From assembly GCF_035084215.1 (NCBI RefSeq), contig NW_027139666.1, forward strand, positions 4,154,001 through 4,218,000: a DNA stretch of 64,000 nucleotides, given 5' to 3'. Positions 1 to 10,609 of this stretch are shown piece after piece (within the stretch, counting starts at the first letter, position 1; each line of letters begins with the position of its first letter). The notes below the pieces were generated by a model. The model was given only the letters and a program-made list of their open reading frames with translations, had not been told where the DNA came from and searched no databases. The translations under genes and the position numbers were made by a program. This DNA comes from Heptranchias perlo. Lineage: Eukaryota.

Positions 1-419
1 CGGCCCAACATGTCCATGTCGCCCAGTTTATACCACTAAGCTAGTCCCAATTGCCTGCACTTGGCCCATATCCCTCTATACCCATCTTACCCATGTAACT
101 GTCCAAATGCTTTTTAAAAGACAAAATTGTACCCGCCTCTACTACTGCCTCTGGCAGCTCGTTCCAGACACTCATCACCCTTTGAGTGAAAAAATTGCCC
201 CTCTGGACCCTTTTGGATCTCTCCCCTCTCACCTTAAATCTGTGCCCCCTCGTTATAGACTCCCCGACCTTTGGGAAAAGATTTTGACTATCGACCTTAT
301 CTATGCCCCTCATTATTTTATAGACTTCTATAAGATCACCCCTTAACCTCCTACTCTCCAGGGAAAAAAGTCCCAGTCTGTCTAACCTCTCCCTGTAAGT
401 CAAACCATCAAGTCCCGGT
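1..419 (-). mobile_element. CR1-clade LINE 3' fragment (ORF2 C-terminus + 3'UTR), 5'-truncated
   Basis: ORF 41..403(-) has 'LGLFSLESRRLRGDLIEVYKIM..TRGH..FFTQRV..WNELP'. Nearly identical to 56522-56940. Confidence 0.93.
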
Positions 420-420
420 T

Positions 421-434
421 ACCTCCTTTTACAG
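421..434 (+). other. Splice acceptor of zinc-finger exon (ccttttacAG|GG)
   Basis: Pyrimidine tract + AG at 433-434; same acceptor in the paralog at 52231-52240. Confidence 0.7.
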
Positions 435-793
435 GGTATTAGAAGGGGAAGATTTGTAGACGAGAAACTCAAACCAAACATCACGTCAAGATCTGGCAGT
501 CACTCTATTCACCAGCACCTGAAGATTATCGGCCTTAACATATAGGAGAAATGTTGATCTGTTCCATCTGTGGGAAAAGATTTCAAACATCACTGGGACT
601 GGAATAGCAGCGAGACACACACACCCGAGTGAGAGTGTTCCAGTGCACTGACTGTGGAAAGAATTTTAACCAGTTACACAGCCTGAAAAAACATCGTACC
701 ATTCACAGTGGGGAGAAACCAGACAACTGTTCTCTGTGCAGACGAGACTTGTACTGATCGTCCAACCTGGAGAGACACGAGGACGCCCGCACC

Positions 794-1804
794 ATGGAGA
801 AACCGTGGAAATGTGGGGACTGTGGGAGGGGATTCAGTTACTCGTCCCGGCTGGAAACTCATCGACACAGACACACTGGGGAGAGGCCGTTCACCTGCTC
901 CGTTTGTGGGAAGGGATTCACTCAGTCATCCCACCTCATTGAACATCAACTTGTTCACACTGATAAGAGACTTTTAAAATGTTCTGTCTGTGAGAAGAGC
1001 TTTAAAAGAAAAAGTGATCTGCTGACACACCAACGTACTCACACTGGGGAGAGGCCGTTCACCTGCCCCGTGTGTGGGAGCGGATTCACTCAATCTTCCC
1101 ACCTCATTGAACATCAACTTGTTCACACTGATAAGTGTCTTTTTAAATGTTCTGTCTGTGAGAAGAGCTTTAAAAGAAAAAGTGATCTGCTGACACACCA
1201 ACGTACTCACACTGGGGAGAGGCCGTTCACCTGCTCCGTGTGTGGGAAGGGATTTACTCGCTCATCTAGCCTACTGACACACCAGCGAGTCCACACTGGG
1301 GAGATGCCGTTCACCTGCTCTGTGTGTGGGAAGCGATTCACTCGATCATCCCACCTCCTGAGACATCAGCAAGTTCATATCGGGGAGAGGCCATTCACCT
1401 GCTCCCTGTGCGGGAAGGGATTCGCTCAGTCATCCACCCTGCTGACACACCAGCGAGTTCACACTGGGGAGAGGCCGTTCACCTGCTCCGTTTGTGGGAA
1501 GAGCTTTACTCAGTCATCCACCCTGCTGACACACCAACGAGTTCACACTGGGGAGAGGCCATTCACCTGCTCTGTGTGTGGGAAGGAATTCACTTGTTCA
1601 TCCGGCCTCATTGAACACCAACTTGTTCACACTGATAAGAGACCCTTTAAATGTTCAAACTGTGAGAAGAGCTTAAAAAGAACATGGGATCTGATGAGAC
1701 ATGAACGTATTCACATTGAGGAGATTCCGATCACCTGTTCCGTGTGTGGGATGGGATTCACTCAGTCATCCCACCTGCTGAGTCACCAGCGAGTTCACAT
1801 GTGA
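794..1804 (+). CDS. Tandem C2H2 zinc-finger protein, 12 fingers, 336 aa
   Basis: 12 CxxC-x12-HxxxH units, mostly with TGERPF linkers; AATAAA at 1939-1944; degenerate extra fingers upstream (549-793). Confidence 0.9.
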   Translation: MEKPWKCGDCGRGFSYSSRLETHRHRHTGERPFTCSVCGKGFTQSSHLIEHQLVHTDKRLLKCSVCEKSFKRKSDLLTHQRTHTGERPFTCPVCGSGFTQSSHLIEHQLVHTDKCLFKCSVCEKSFKRKSDLLTHQRTHTGERPFTCSVCGKGFTRSSSLLTHQRVHTGEMPFTCSVCGKRFTRSSHLLRHQQVHIGERPFTCSLCGKGFAQSSTLLTHQRVHTGERPFTCSVCGKSFTQSSTLLTHQRVHTGERPFTCSVCGKEFTCSSGLIEHQLVHTDKRPFKCSNCEKSLKRTWDLMRHERIHIEEIPITCSVCGMGFTQSSHLLSHQRVHM

Positions 1805-2139
1805 CTGCAGGAGTTGGATTCTGCTGTTATTGCTGTATCCAGGACTAAACCACGTTCATTCTGACAGTTGGAAGTTTGTTTCTGATGTTAATGACTCCCT
1901 TTAACTGGGCTGGAGTTTAGTATTCTGTACAAGTGTCAAATAAATTAGCTTTCTTTTAAACACAGTATTTTTGACCTTCATATCTCGATGATAAAAGAAA
2001 CAGTTCGAGGACTTATGACGACGTGAGTGGAATACGTCTTAGAACTGAGCTCCTCCACCTTTGTAAAAGATGGATCTTCAAGACATCCACGTCTGACAGG
2101 ACATAAAATTTTATTTATCACAGGGTCCACTTCAATCAG

Positions 2140-3430
2140 CCTGAGCAGGTTTCCACTACCCTTGTGTGAAAAAGAGCTTCCTGATTTCAATCCAAGACGC
2201 CCTAGCTCTAAATTTAAGGTTATGTCCTCTTGTTCTGGATTCCCCCACCAGAGAAAATAGTTTCTATTTCTACCTTATCGAATCCCTTTATTATTTTAAA
2301 TCCCTGGTTCAGATCACTCCTCAAACTTCCAAACTCAAGGGAATGCAAAACCAAGTTTATGCAACCGGTCCTCATAATTGAACACTTCAATGCCCAGTAT
2401 CATTCTGGTGAATCTGCACTGTCGCCCCTCCAAGGCCAATATATCCTTGGTGAGGATCAGTACACCAGATGGGCTCTGACCAAGGCTCTGTAGAACTGAA
2501 GCATCACTTCCTTCCCTTTGTAATTCCAACACTGGAGATAAATGCCATTTGTCTGTGGTTGCTTTTTGCATCTGTGTACTAGCCTTTAGTGATTTGTGTC
2601 CATGGACACCCAAATCCTTTTGCTCCTTCACCATTCCCAGTCTCTCACTTTCAGAAAATACTCCAATGTTTCCTTTTTGCATCCATATTGAATGATCTCA
2701 TACTTCCCCAATTTGAACTCCATCTGCCACAGTTTGTCCATTCGCTTAAACTTTCCCTTTGTAATTTCCTGCTTCCATCTACACAACTTACTGTACTTCA
2801 TAACTAAGTGTCATCTGGAAACTTGGACCTATTACTCTCTATTGCTTCATCCAAGTTATTGATAAATATGGTGAAAAGCTGAGGCCCCAGTACAGATCCC
2901 TGGGGACACCACTAGTCATATCCCGCCAATCAAAAAACATTCCCTTTCTCCTTACTCTTTTCTCCGACCTCCCAACCAATTCCAACCCAAGTCACAAGGT
3001 CACTTTCAATTTTGTACCTTTTATTTATTCTATTAATCTCTTGTGCTGAACCTTTGCAAATGCATTCTGTAAGTCCATATAGAAAACCTTCATAGACACT
3101 CCCCTGTCCACCTTGTTAGTTTCCTCAACAAATCCAACTAAATTAGTCAGACATGACCTGCTCTTCACGAATCCAAGCTCAGCTCCTTTTTTCTCTCATG
3201 ATAGGTTTAAGTAAGTTCCCCACAACCGACGTTAAAATGACAAGTCTGTATTGTCCTGATTTCTCCCTCCCTCCTTTCTTAAATAAACGGAGAGACATGT
3301 TCAACATTCATATCCAAAGGCACAATTCCTGAGTCTGGAGAGCTTTGGGAAATTATGATGAATGCATCTGCAATTTCCCCACCTGTTTCCTTTAAAACTC
3401 TGGGGTGGAAACCGTCAGGTCCTGGAGATT
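2140..3430 (-). mobile_element. Degenerate CR1-clade LINE fragment
   Basis: Minus-strand remnants 'KDLGVH..SLK', 'KDILALEGRQCRFTRMI', plus decayed GVPQGSVLGP and SPGPDG motifs. Confidence 0.8.
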
Positions 3431-3459
3431 TCATTCTTAGTTTGCAGTTATTTATTTAT

Positions 3460-3642
3460 CTGACTGTGTATAACAGGACTGAGTGTCCCAGCTCTGAGTG
3501 TGTGTATAACAGGACTGAGTGTCCCAGCACTGACTGTGTCGATAACAGCACTGAGTGCCTCAGCACTGACTCTGCATATAACAGGACTGAGTGTCCCAGC
3601 ACTGACTGTGTGTTATACAGGACTGAGTGTCCGAGCACTAAG
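3460..3642. repeat. 36-bp minisatellite (~5 copies)
   Basis: Unit aacaggactgagtgtcccagcactgactgtgtgtat; same family as 53992-54770. Confidence 0.9.
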
Positions 3643-3644
3643 GG

Positions 3645-3790
3645 TGGCGAGACATGCGGTTGTCGGTAGAGATTAAATCGGTTGCAGGGGGTTACAGAGA
3701 TAGGGAGAGGGAGATTGTCATGGAGGGATTTGAACACGAGGATGAGAATTTTAAAATCGAGGCATTGCCACACCGGGAGCCAATGTAATG
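3645..3790 (-). mobile_element. L2-clade LINE fragment
   Basis: 'LHWLPVWQCLDFKILILVFKSLH' is an L2 ORF2 C-terminal motif; paralogous to ~54850-54985. Confidence 0.7.
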
Positions 3791-3854
3791 GAACACGAAC
3801 AGAACAAGACACACACGTAGGTCTCACAACAGAGCATGGACGGTCTGAAAGACC

Positions 3855-4312
3855 ACCTCCCTCCCGGGGTCACGGTACCTCCATCCCGGGTTCGTGGTCA
3901 CACCATCCCGGGGTCGCGGTCCCTCCGTCCCTGGGGTCGCGGTCCCTCCGTCTCTGGGGTCGCGGTCCCTCCATCCAGGGTTCACGACCCCTCCCTCCCG
4001 GGATCGCGGTACCTCCCTCCCGGGGTCGCAGCACCTCCGTCCCGGTGTCAGGATCCCACTGTACCAGGATCGCGGTCCCCACCTTCCCTGGGTCGCGGTC
4101 CCACCGTCCCGGGGTCGCAGTCGCTCCGTCCCTGGGGTCGCATCCCTCCATCCCGGGGTCGACGCCCCGCTGTCCCAGGATCGCGGTCCGACCATCACGG
4201 GGTCGCGTTCCCTCCGTCCCGGGGTCTCAGTCCCACCGTTCCAGGGTCTCGGTCCCTGCATCCCGTGGTCTCGGTCCCACCGTCCCGGGCTGTCGGTCCC
4301 TCCGTCCCGGGC
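3855..4312. repeat. GC/CpG-rich ~19-20-bp minisatellite
   Basis: Repeated ccggggtcgcggtccctccgtc-like units. Confidence 0.88.
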
Positions 4313-4329
4313 TTTGCAACCCCATTAAC

Positions 4330-4710
4330 GCCGCTCGGGCCTGAAGTCGGAGGAGCTGTTGCTCGGACCGCCCTCACTGCGCCATTCCAAGTCCCCGGGG
4401 CCCAGGCCATTTCCAGGTGCGGACCCTCCCTCTGTCAGTCTCGACCCCGCCCACAGCAGCGGCCGCCCGCACTCCGACCGGAGGCTGCCATCATCATCCT
4501 CCTGGCAGGCGCCTGTTGCTAAGAGAAAGCGGCAAAGGGACCGCGCGGCGCCCCTCGGGCCGGAGATGCATGCACGCATCGCGATGTCAGCGCGTCAAGG
4601 TGAGAGACGGTGCCGCGTGTCACGTGATAGGAGGAGTCAGCCCAGGACGCAGGCGGGCGGAGGTGAGGGCTGTCAATCAAAGGGCCCGGAGTCAGCACTC
4701 ACTGCGCACA
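4330..4710. promoter_or_regulatory. CpG island / promoter-like region
   Basis: CpG-dense; E-box CACGTG at 4621-4626; the paralog at 55520-55730 carries CRE TGACGTCA (55603-55610). Confidence 0.5.
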
Positions 4711-5294
4711 GGGTTTGGAGAATTTGTTTAAAAAATAAAAATAGAAATGTACAAAAAAAGTGGATAAATTGCAAATTCAACAATCTGAATTAAAAACAGA
4801 AATGTCCAAACTCACATAAGGCTAATGGTCTGGGTTCTCCTGCCACTCTCAGTCTTCTCGACCTGGGGCACAGGATGAGCAGAATGCTTGAATCTATATT
4901 TTTTAATGCAGAGTGCGCTGGATGTATGGAATGGACCAGCAAGGGAGGCAGTGGGGCCTGATTGTATCAGCAAATTCCACAGAGTTGGGAAAGTACCTGA
5001 TAGCGCTACCTTGGGATATGACAGCCTAGAAATTGGGATCTTTCATTCATTTCTTACACTTGTGCACTTATTTTTATTGATTGGTGTACCTGGACACCCA
5101 AACCCCTCTGCTCCTCCACAGTCCCTAGTTTCTCACCCTTAAGAAAATACTCCCTATTTCTCACCTGATGCCTGCAATAAATTATATTTGTATAACTTCC
5201 AACATCTTTACGTGGAGATGCCGGTGATGGACTGGGGTTGACAATTGTAAACAATTTTACAACACCAAGTTATAGTCCAGCAATTTTATTTTAA

Positions 5295-5335
5295 ATTCAC
5301 AAGCTTTCGGAGGCTTCCTCCTTCCTCAGGTAAAT
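5295..5335 (-). ncRNA. Minimal type I hammerhead ribozyme (left arm)
   Basis: Reverse complement reads auuuac-CUGAGGA-a-ggagg/aag/ccucc-GAAA-gcu-u-gugaau. Confidence 0.8.
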
Positions 5336-5651
5336 GTTCAGGAGCTCCTCGAAGCCTACGCATTTGTACATATAGAACAATACATGGTGTTTACAGAATG
5401 CCCCTGGAACTGCCCGTTGCCAAGGCAATCACCGTGTTCAGACAGAGAGGTGTCACCTGCAGAACCCCCGAATACACAGTTGAATGCACGGTTGAATACA
5501 CGGTTGAATGTGTATTCGGGGGTTCTGCAGGTGACACCTCTCTGTCTGAACACGGTGATTGCCTTGGCAACGGGCAGTTCCAGGGGCATTCTGTAAACAC
5601 CATGTATTGTTCTATATGTATAAATGCGTAGGCTTCGAGGAGCTCCTGAAT

Positions 5652-5692
5652 ATTTACCTGAGGAAGGAGGAAGCCTCCGAAAGCTTGTGAAT
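5652..5692 (+). ncRNA. Minimal type I hammerhead ribozyme (right arm)
   Basis: Stem I auuuac/gugaau; core CUGAGGA 5658-5664; stem II ggagg/ccucc; GAAA 5679-5682; palindromic AGCU helix III; NUH=CUU ending at 5686. Confidence 0.8.
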
Positions 5693-5959
5693 TTAAAATA
5701 AAATTGCTGGACTATAACTTGGTGTTGTAAAATTGTTTACAAACATCTTTACGATTCGGGTCTGTTTCCACTCTTCAGTGTCCAATAAGAAGAGACATAG
5801 TGAGACTGGAACTTTATTTAATATTTCAAAATATACTTTATTTCATAAAATTCATGAATAGACACAGTTCAATGTAAATATTACAATTACAATTCAAAAC
5901 AAATACAATACACATCATACGATTCCATTATTACAAGTCAAAACACAGTAAATATCTTC

Positions 5960-6290
5960 TAACACATGCTGTACAATATAAGGTGGGATAGCGTTACACG
6001 GTTGCCTTTCCCCATAAAGCCTTTGTGTAGGCCGCACCTCGCTTCAGTGTGCACCTCAGCATGAAATACTGGACCTTGGATTCTGCTAGTGGCCAACACT
6101 TGGCCGCGGACAGTTCCCTCGGCTGGAAGACCTGCTGGTTTCGGGGGAACAAAGGGCCTCCCTGACCGAATTGATGGTCTTCCAGCAGCTGTTGATATCT
6201 GTCTCGTTGTGCATCTTGGACAACTGCCCATAGAGGACAGCGACCTGTGTTACCGAGCTGTTGGGATGAACTCCTCTTCGACACCACGGT
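5960..6290 (-). mobile_element. Tx1/L1-clade LINE 3' fragment
   Basis: Frameshifted 'VLYG..ETDINSCWKTINSVREAL..ELSAAKCWPLAESKVQYFMLR..ALWGKATV*'; paralog at 58387-58670. Confidence 0.7.
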
Positions 6291-7399
6291 GTAGGGGTTC
6301 ATTCTCCGTGGATGAGGTTATCACCTTTTACCTGAATACGCGGATCCATTCGCACACATTCATGTTAGTGTTCGGCAAACACTGTCTGATGTCTTTCACA
6401 CACCTTTCGAACCTTGGGGTCAGAGACGTAGGGGGTATTTTTACCTTCACATCTTGGGCGGTAAACTGACTGAGCAAAAATTAAAATCTGGCCGGTTCTA
6501 TAAGGGGCGGGTGATCGGCTCTACCAGTTCAGTTCCCAGCGATGGTGAAAATTTCCCTCCACGTGTTATGAACCGATGCAATTTGAGAAAATGGACCAGC
6601 TTGTGGGCTTCGAAGATTGATTCTAGCGCGGAGGTCAGGAATGGTGTGGCCGATTTTAAGTATACTCGCCTGGCAGAAATGGGGTGGTCGAGGCGAGTAA
6701 ATGGTATCAGGTCACTTACCGCCCCTTTAACACTGGCGTTCCTGCCTCCACCATCGTGGGTCATGTCCTGAGAAGAGCGGCCCGAGCAACACCCACCTGT
6801 TTCCGGTCAGGCCAATTGTAATATGTAAATCAGATTATTATGACGTACAGGGGAAACCATTTAATGTTGGTGAAAAATCGGTGGAGGAGCCGCCCTTTAG
6901 ATAGGCATTGAGTGGTCCAGAACACTGAGAAGTTTCTTTTTAACTCATATTTTGTGAGGCAAGGAGCAGCAGGAGAGCTTTCCCTTGGCCTGCTGCGGCC
7001 GTGTGAAATCTCCCGCCCTCTGATCGTCTCAGAAATGTATCAGGAGGTTTCCTTCTCGATCTGTGCAACGAGGCCCAGCCTCATGTCTCATTAAACTCCC
7101 TGCAGTGAGTAAACATTGCTGCACAGCAGCTCAGAGAGGAAACGATCTCCGGAACTCCCCACTGGAGTTAGAAATTACAAGAATATTTTATGAGTTATTC
7201 TGTTCTGGTCAAAACAAATGTCCCAATGAACAGGACGCTGTCTGACCCTGACAGCTCACCCTCAGTCCATCCCACCGGGCAGTGTGTGTGATGGGGAATA
7301 ATCATCAACCGAAATGGAGCATTTGATTTTATTCATTACAGGATTAAACATTTAATATTGAAATCATATTATTTCCCGACTAATAACAGCAAACCTTTT

Positions 7400-7620
7400 C
7401 ATGTTAGAATCAAATCTTGTATTATTTCTCAAAAAGCATTTGTTGGATAAAATACAATTCCTGTCTGCTATTTCCAAATTTATTTGAAGTATTGGATTGA
7501 TATCAGTTACTTCAGTGAACTCATTGGTGTCAATGGATAGTAAAATCAGGCGTAGTGAACAATGGGGTCCCGATCCGCTATCGCCGACTTACTCCACCGC
7601 CAAAGCGGAAAATCCACTCT
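7400..7620 (-). pseudogene. Truncated duplicate of the GPCR C-terminal tail/3' region
   Basis: Aligns with 59300-59523; homology stops abruptly at ~7620. Confidence 0.7.
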
Positions 7621-8781
7621 CTTAATTAGCAGTTTACAAAATTCTTATTCCAGCTGATTTGTAGAATCTCATGTGTTGGGGTTTGAATTGTGAAGCGGAT
7701 TTTCTCCGCCAGTTTTACCGTCTCACAGAGACTCTCACCCTGAATCTGTAAAAAGGTTATGACCATGAACTGGGACTGGAGCCGAACACATCCCCAGTTA
7801 CGGTGTGGCCTGGACACCCCATTCTCTCTGTTTTATATCAGACAGTATTCCACCTTCAAAAACAGCACTCGAGAGAGAAAGCAAGACACACACTGTCAGT
7901 CTTACACTTCCTATCAGTATGTTCATATCACGCTCAATAGCAGTATCCAACCTTCATATACAGCACCAGAGAGTGAGAGAGAAAGGGAGACAGATACTGT
8001 GACAGAGCGAGCGGAGAGGCACAGTGCAACAGTATCAGTTCCAGACTGACTTGTAAAGTTGCGTTTTATCCAGAAATTCCCGTTGTAGAGACAGAAGATG
8101 CAGTCTTGTCTCTCACTGATATACCAGAGACGGACACACCATTAATCCCACACTCAGGGACAGTGCAGAGAGTGACAAAAACAATGTGGGCCGAATTTAA
8201 CCCTCTCTTGCCTGTTGTACTACATTCGGTTTTGCAGATCAGGGCCGTTCGCTATTACTCTCAGTGACCGAGAGTTTCACTCTGATTATATTAATACATC
8301 ATATATTAATATGGGACTGTTGCTGTCAGATATTAATCCTACACGCTCCCAGCAAATACACGGACTCCGACTTTCCTCCCATTTTTCTCCAGGATTGGTT
8401 TGAGAATTCCTGCATCCAGTTTCGGAGTCACACGTTACTTGATGGGTAAAGTGGCCAAGTGTGAACAGAATCCATTGGTTCATTTCAAAATGTCCCACTT
8501 TATCTATGAATGACTATTTACCATCAAAAGATACCGAGAGAAACAGCAGGGATGAAAACATCTAGTTTAATAGTTAGAGATTGTAAAGTCAGTCTGGATT
8601 CCAGCGTTAGTCACTGGTGGAATCCCATCTGTTTCCCATTCTGGTGCCTGTTCCTGCACTGCCTGTGGACCCCATTCCCTCTGACCTTTCCCTCAGCCCC
8701 ACTTGCTTTTCTCAGACTCTGAAAAATTCCAATTGGGGAAAGTTTCCATCGATTTCTGCATTGGGAATTAAACCAGATATC

Positions 8782-9040
8782 TGCGCATGCGTGACTCAGC
8801 CCCGCCCCCAGCGCTGATTGTTGGTGAGTAGAAGAGCGCATGCGCGCTCCCCTCCCCCAGCTCGGCCTGTGGGCGCCATTCCCTCAGTGAGCGGAAGAAG
8901 ATGGTTTAAAACAGCCGGGAATGGAGAGATCACGGCCCCCGGGGGAAGGGAGCAAAGAGCAGCCTCGTTACAGCAGCTCATCGCTTCGGGACAGTGTCCG
9001 CAGATGGGCTCAGAGATCGGCATTGAGTCCAGGGTAAGGG
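8782..9040 (+). promoter_or_regulatory. CpG promoter module, copy 1 (NRF1, AP-1, GC box, NRF1) + putative first exon
   Basis: TGCGCATGCG 8782-8791, TGACTCA 8792-8798, CCCCGCCCC 8800-8808, GCGCATGCGC 8836-8845; possible donor gtaagg at ~9034. Confidence 0.65.
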
Positions 9041-10609
9041 CAGGGGAGTCTGTTTGTAAGAGGCGGAGTGGATCAGGAACTGGTCCCGGAACATGGAGTG
9101 AGCGGGGGAAGGGAGAGGACATTATCGGGCTGTGTGTGCACAGCGTGTGTCCAGGGTCAGGGAGTCAGAATGAGAAGAACCTGTTATTTCAAATCATTGC
9201 TGCTTGCTCTCGCCAGACCAGTAGGGAATGTTCCTGGTTTAGGTCCAGTCTCAACCTGTTTATTGTGATTCGACAGTGAAGAGTGGAACGGAGCCGGACA
9301 GTAAGGATGTGGGGAGCTATCCAAAGAGCATCTATTGCAGGCACCAGGTGAGAAGTGTGAAGGACACATTTTAAGCAGCGGCTGTTTTGTTTCGGTTGAA
9401 CGGTTAGTCCCATGTGAGAGGGGAGTGGAAACCTGACCTGCACAAAGGACCCTGCCACATCGGGTAGTCCCATTTATGGTTGTGTTGTGTCTGGATGTCA
9501 CTAAATTGTTGTAAAACAGCCCACCACTCGTGGTGTGCAGAAGCTGAATGCTGCAGTACTGCAGTGGAGTCAGATACTGACACTGTTTGTGTTGCTGGTT
9601 TTGTGGATAATCAAAATAATCATTAACAAAGATATTAATTCGAACAATTTTGTATTTTCTACCTCACTGGTTCTTGAGTTACAAGAGAAAAATTTCTTCC
9701 GACAGGCAAATCCCTGAAGGACCCAGAATCAGTGTTATGTTTCCTCCACTCGAGGCACAAGGAACAGTGCAGCCAACTCCTTCTCCCACACAGTAAGTAC
9801 ATTATCACACACAGCGCACAGAGACACAGACAGGTCATCAGTTCCACAGTCTCGGGCAGTAGAAGCACTGACCCAAGTTCCACAGACACATTTTCAATCC
9901 AACATTCAAACAAAGCAGGTGAGGCAGACACTGTTCCATTTCCCCCGAGCTGAGTCCCGCTGACAGGTAGATACTGAAATCCCAGTCCAATATCACACTA
10001 TCAGATTGAAAGGCACTGTGTCAATCTCACAATAGGGCAACATTAGCTCGAATTAAATACCAGATCGAAATCACACATGGTACCCGATTGAAAGGGACAG
10101 AATGAAACCCAATAATGTACCCTGAGATTCCAATTGATTATTGCCCAGAATTCACACACTCACGTGAGTTTAATACACTATTCGAATGGATATTGCATGT
10201 ATCATGCGATACAAATTGCATACGTGTCCAAAACTCATGTACAGTATCAGATTGAGAAATGCTGTGAGAGTGTAACCTGAGAAACAAATTAGATATCAGT
10301 TTATAATACACTCATAGTATGAGATTTAAAGATACAGTATCAATTCTATTAGTACAGACTGAGCTACACATTATACACCATTTGAAAAGTGTCACGAAAT
10401 CAATTTGAAAGATACATTATCATTCACAACAGTACTCACAGAGATACAGATTTAATAGTAGCTCAAAAAGCACACAAATTATCTGATTAATACCTACAGC
10501 GTCAAATCCTAAAGAGTACCCATATTTACCAGTTAATGAGAAATATGATCTAAACATGAAGATATTAAAGGTACAATTTTGAACGCCATAATGCAATCTG
10601 AGAGAATAA

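Larger units (their letters stand above)
5213..5741. mobile_element. Non-autonomous Penelope-like element: two inverted pLTR halves, 12-bp TSD
   Basis: Arms 5245-5478 and 5509-5742 are reverse complements (~2 mismatches); 30-bp spacer; 32-nt tail 5213-5244; TSD aacatctttacg at 5201-5212 and 5742-5753. Confidence 0.85.

Noticed and set aside
3682-4793. Overlapping Pro/Arg/Gly-rich ORFs
   Set aside because: GC-rich minisatellite and CpG island; no domain
5356-5631. Mirror-image 70-77 aa ORFs; also a MITE interpretation of the palindrome
   Set aside because: The ORFs follow from the palindrome. The one-sided tail, 12-bp TSD and hammerhead cores fit Penelope better than a TIR transposon. The TSD and arm mismatches argue against a fold-back artifact.
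6290-6800. Segment private to the left duplicate, with short ORFs
   Set aside because: No recognisable domain or termini; probably an unclassified repeat
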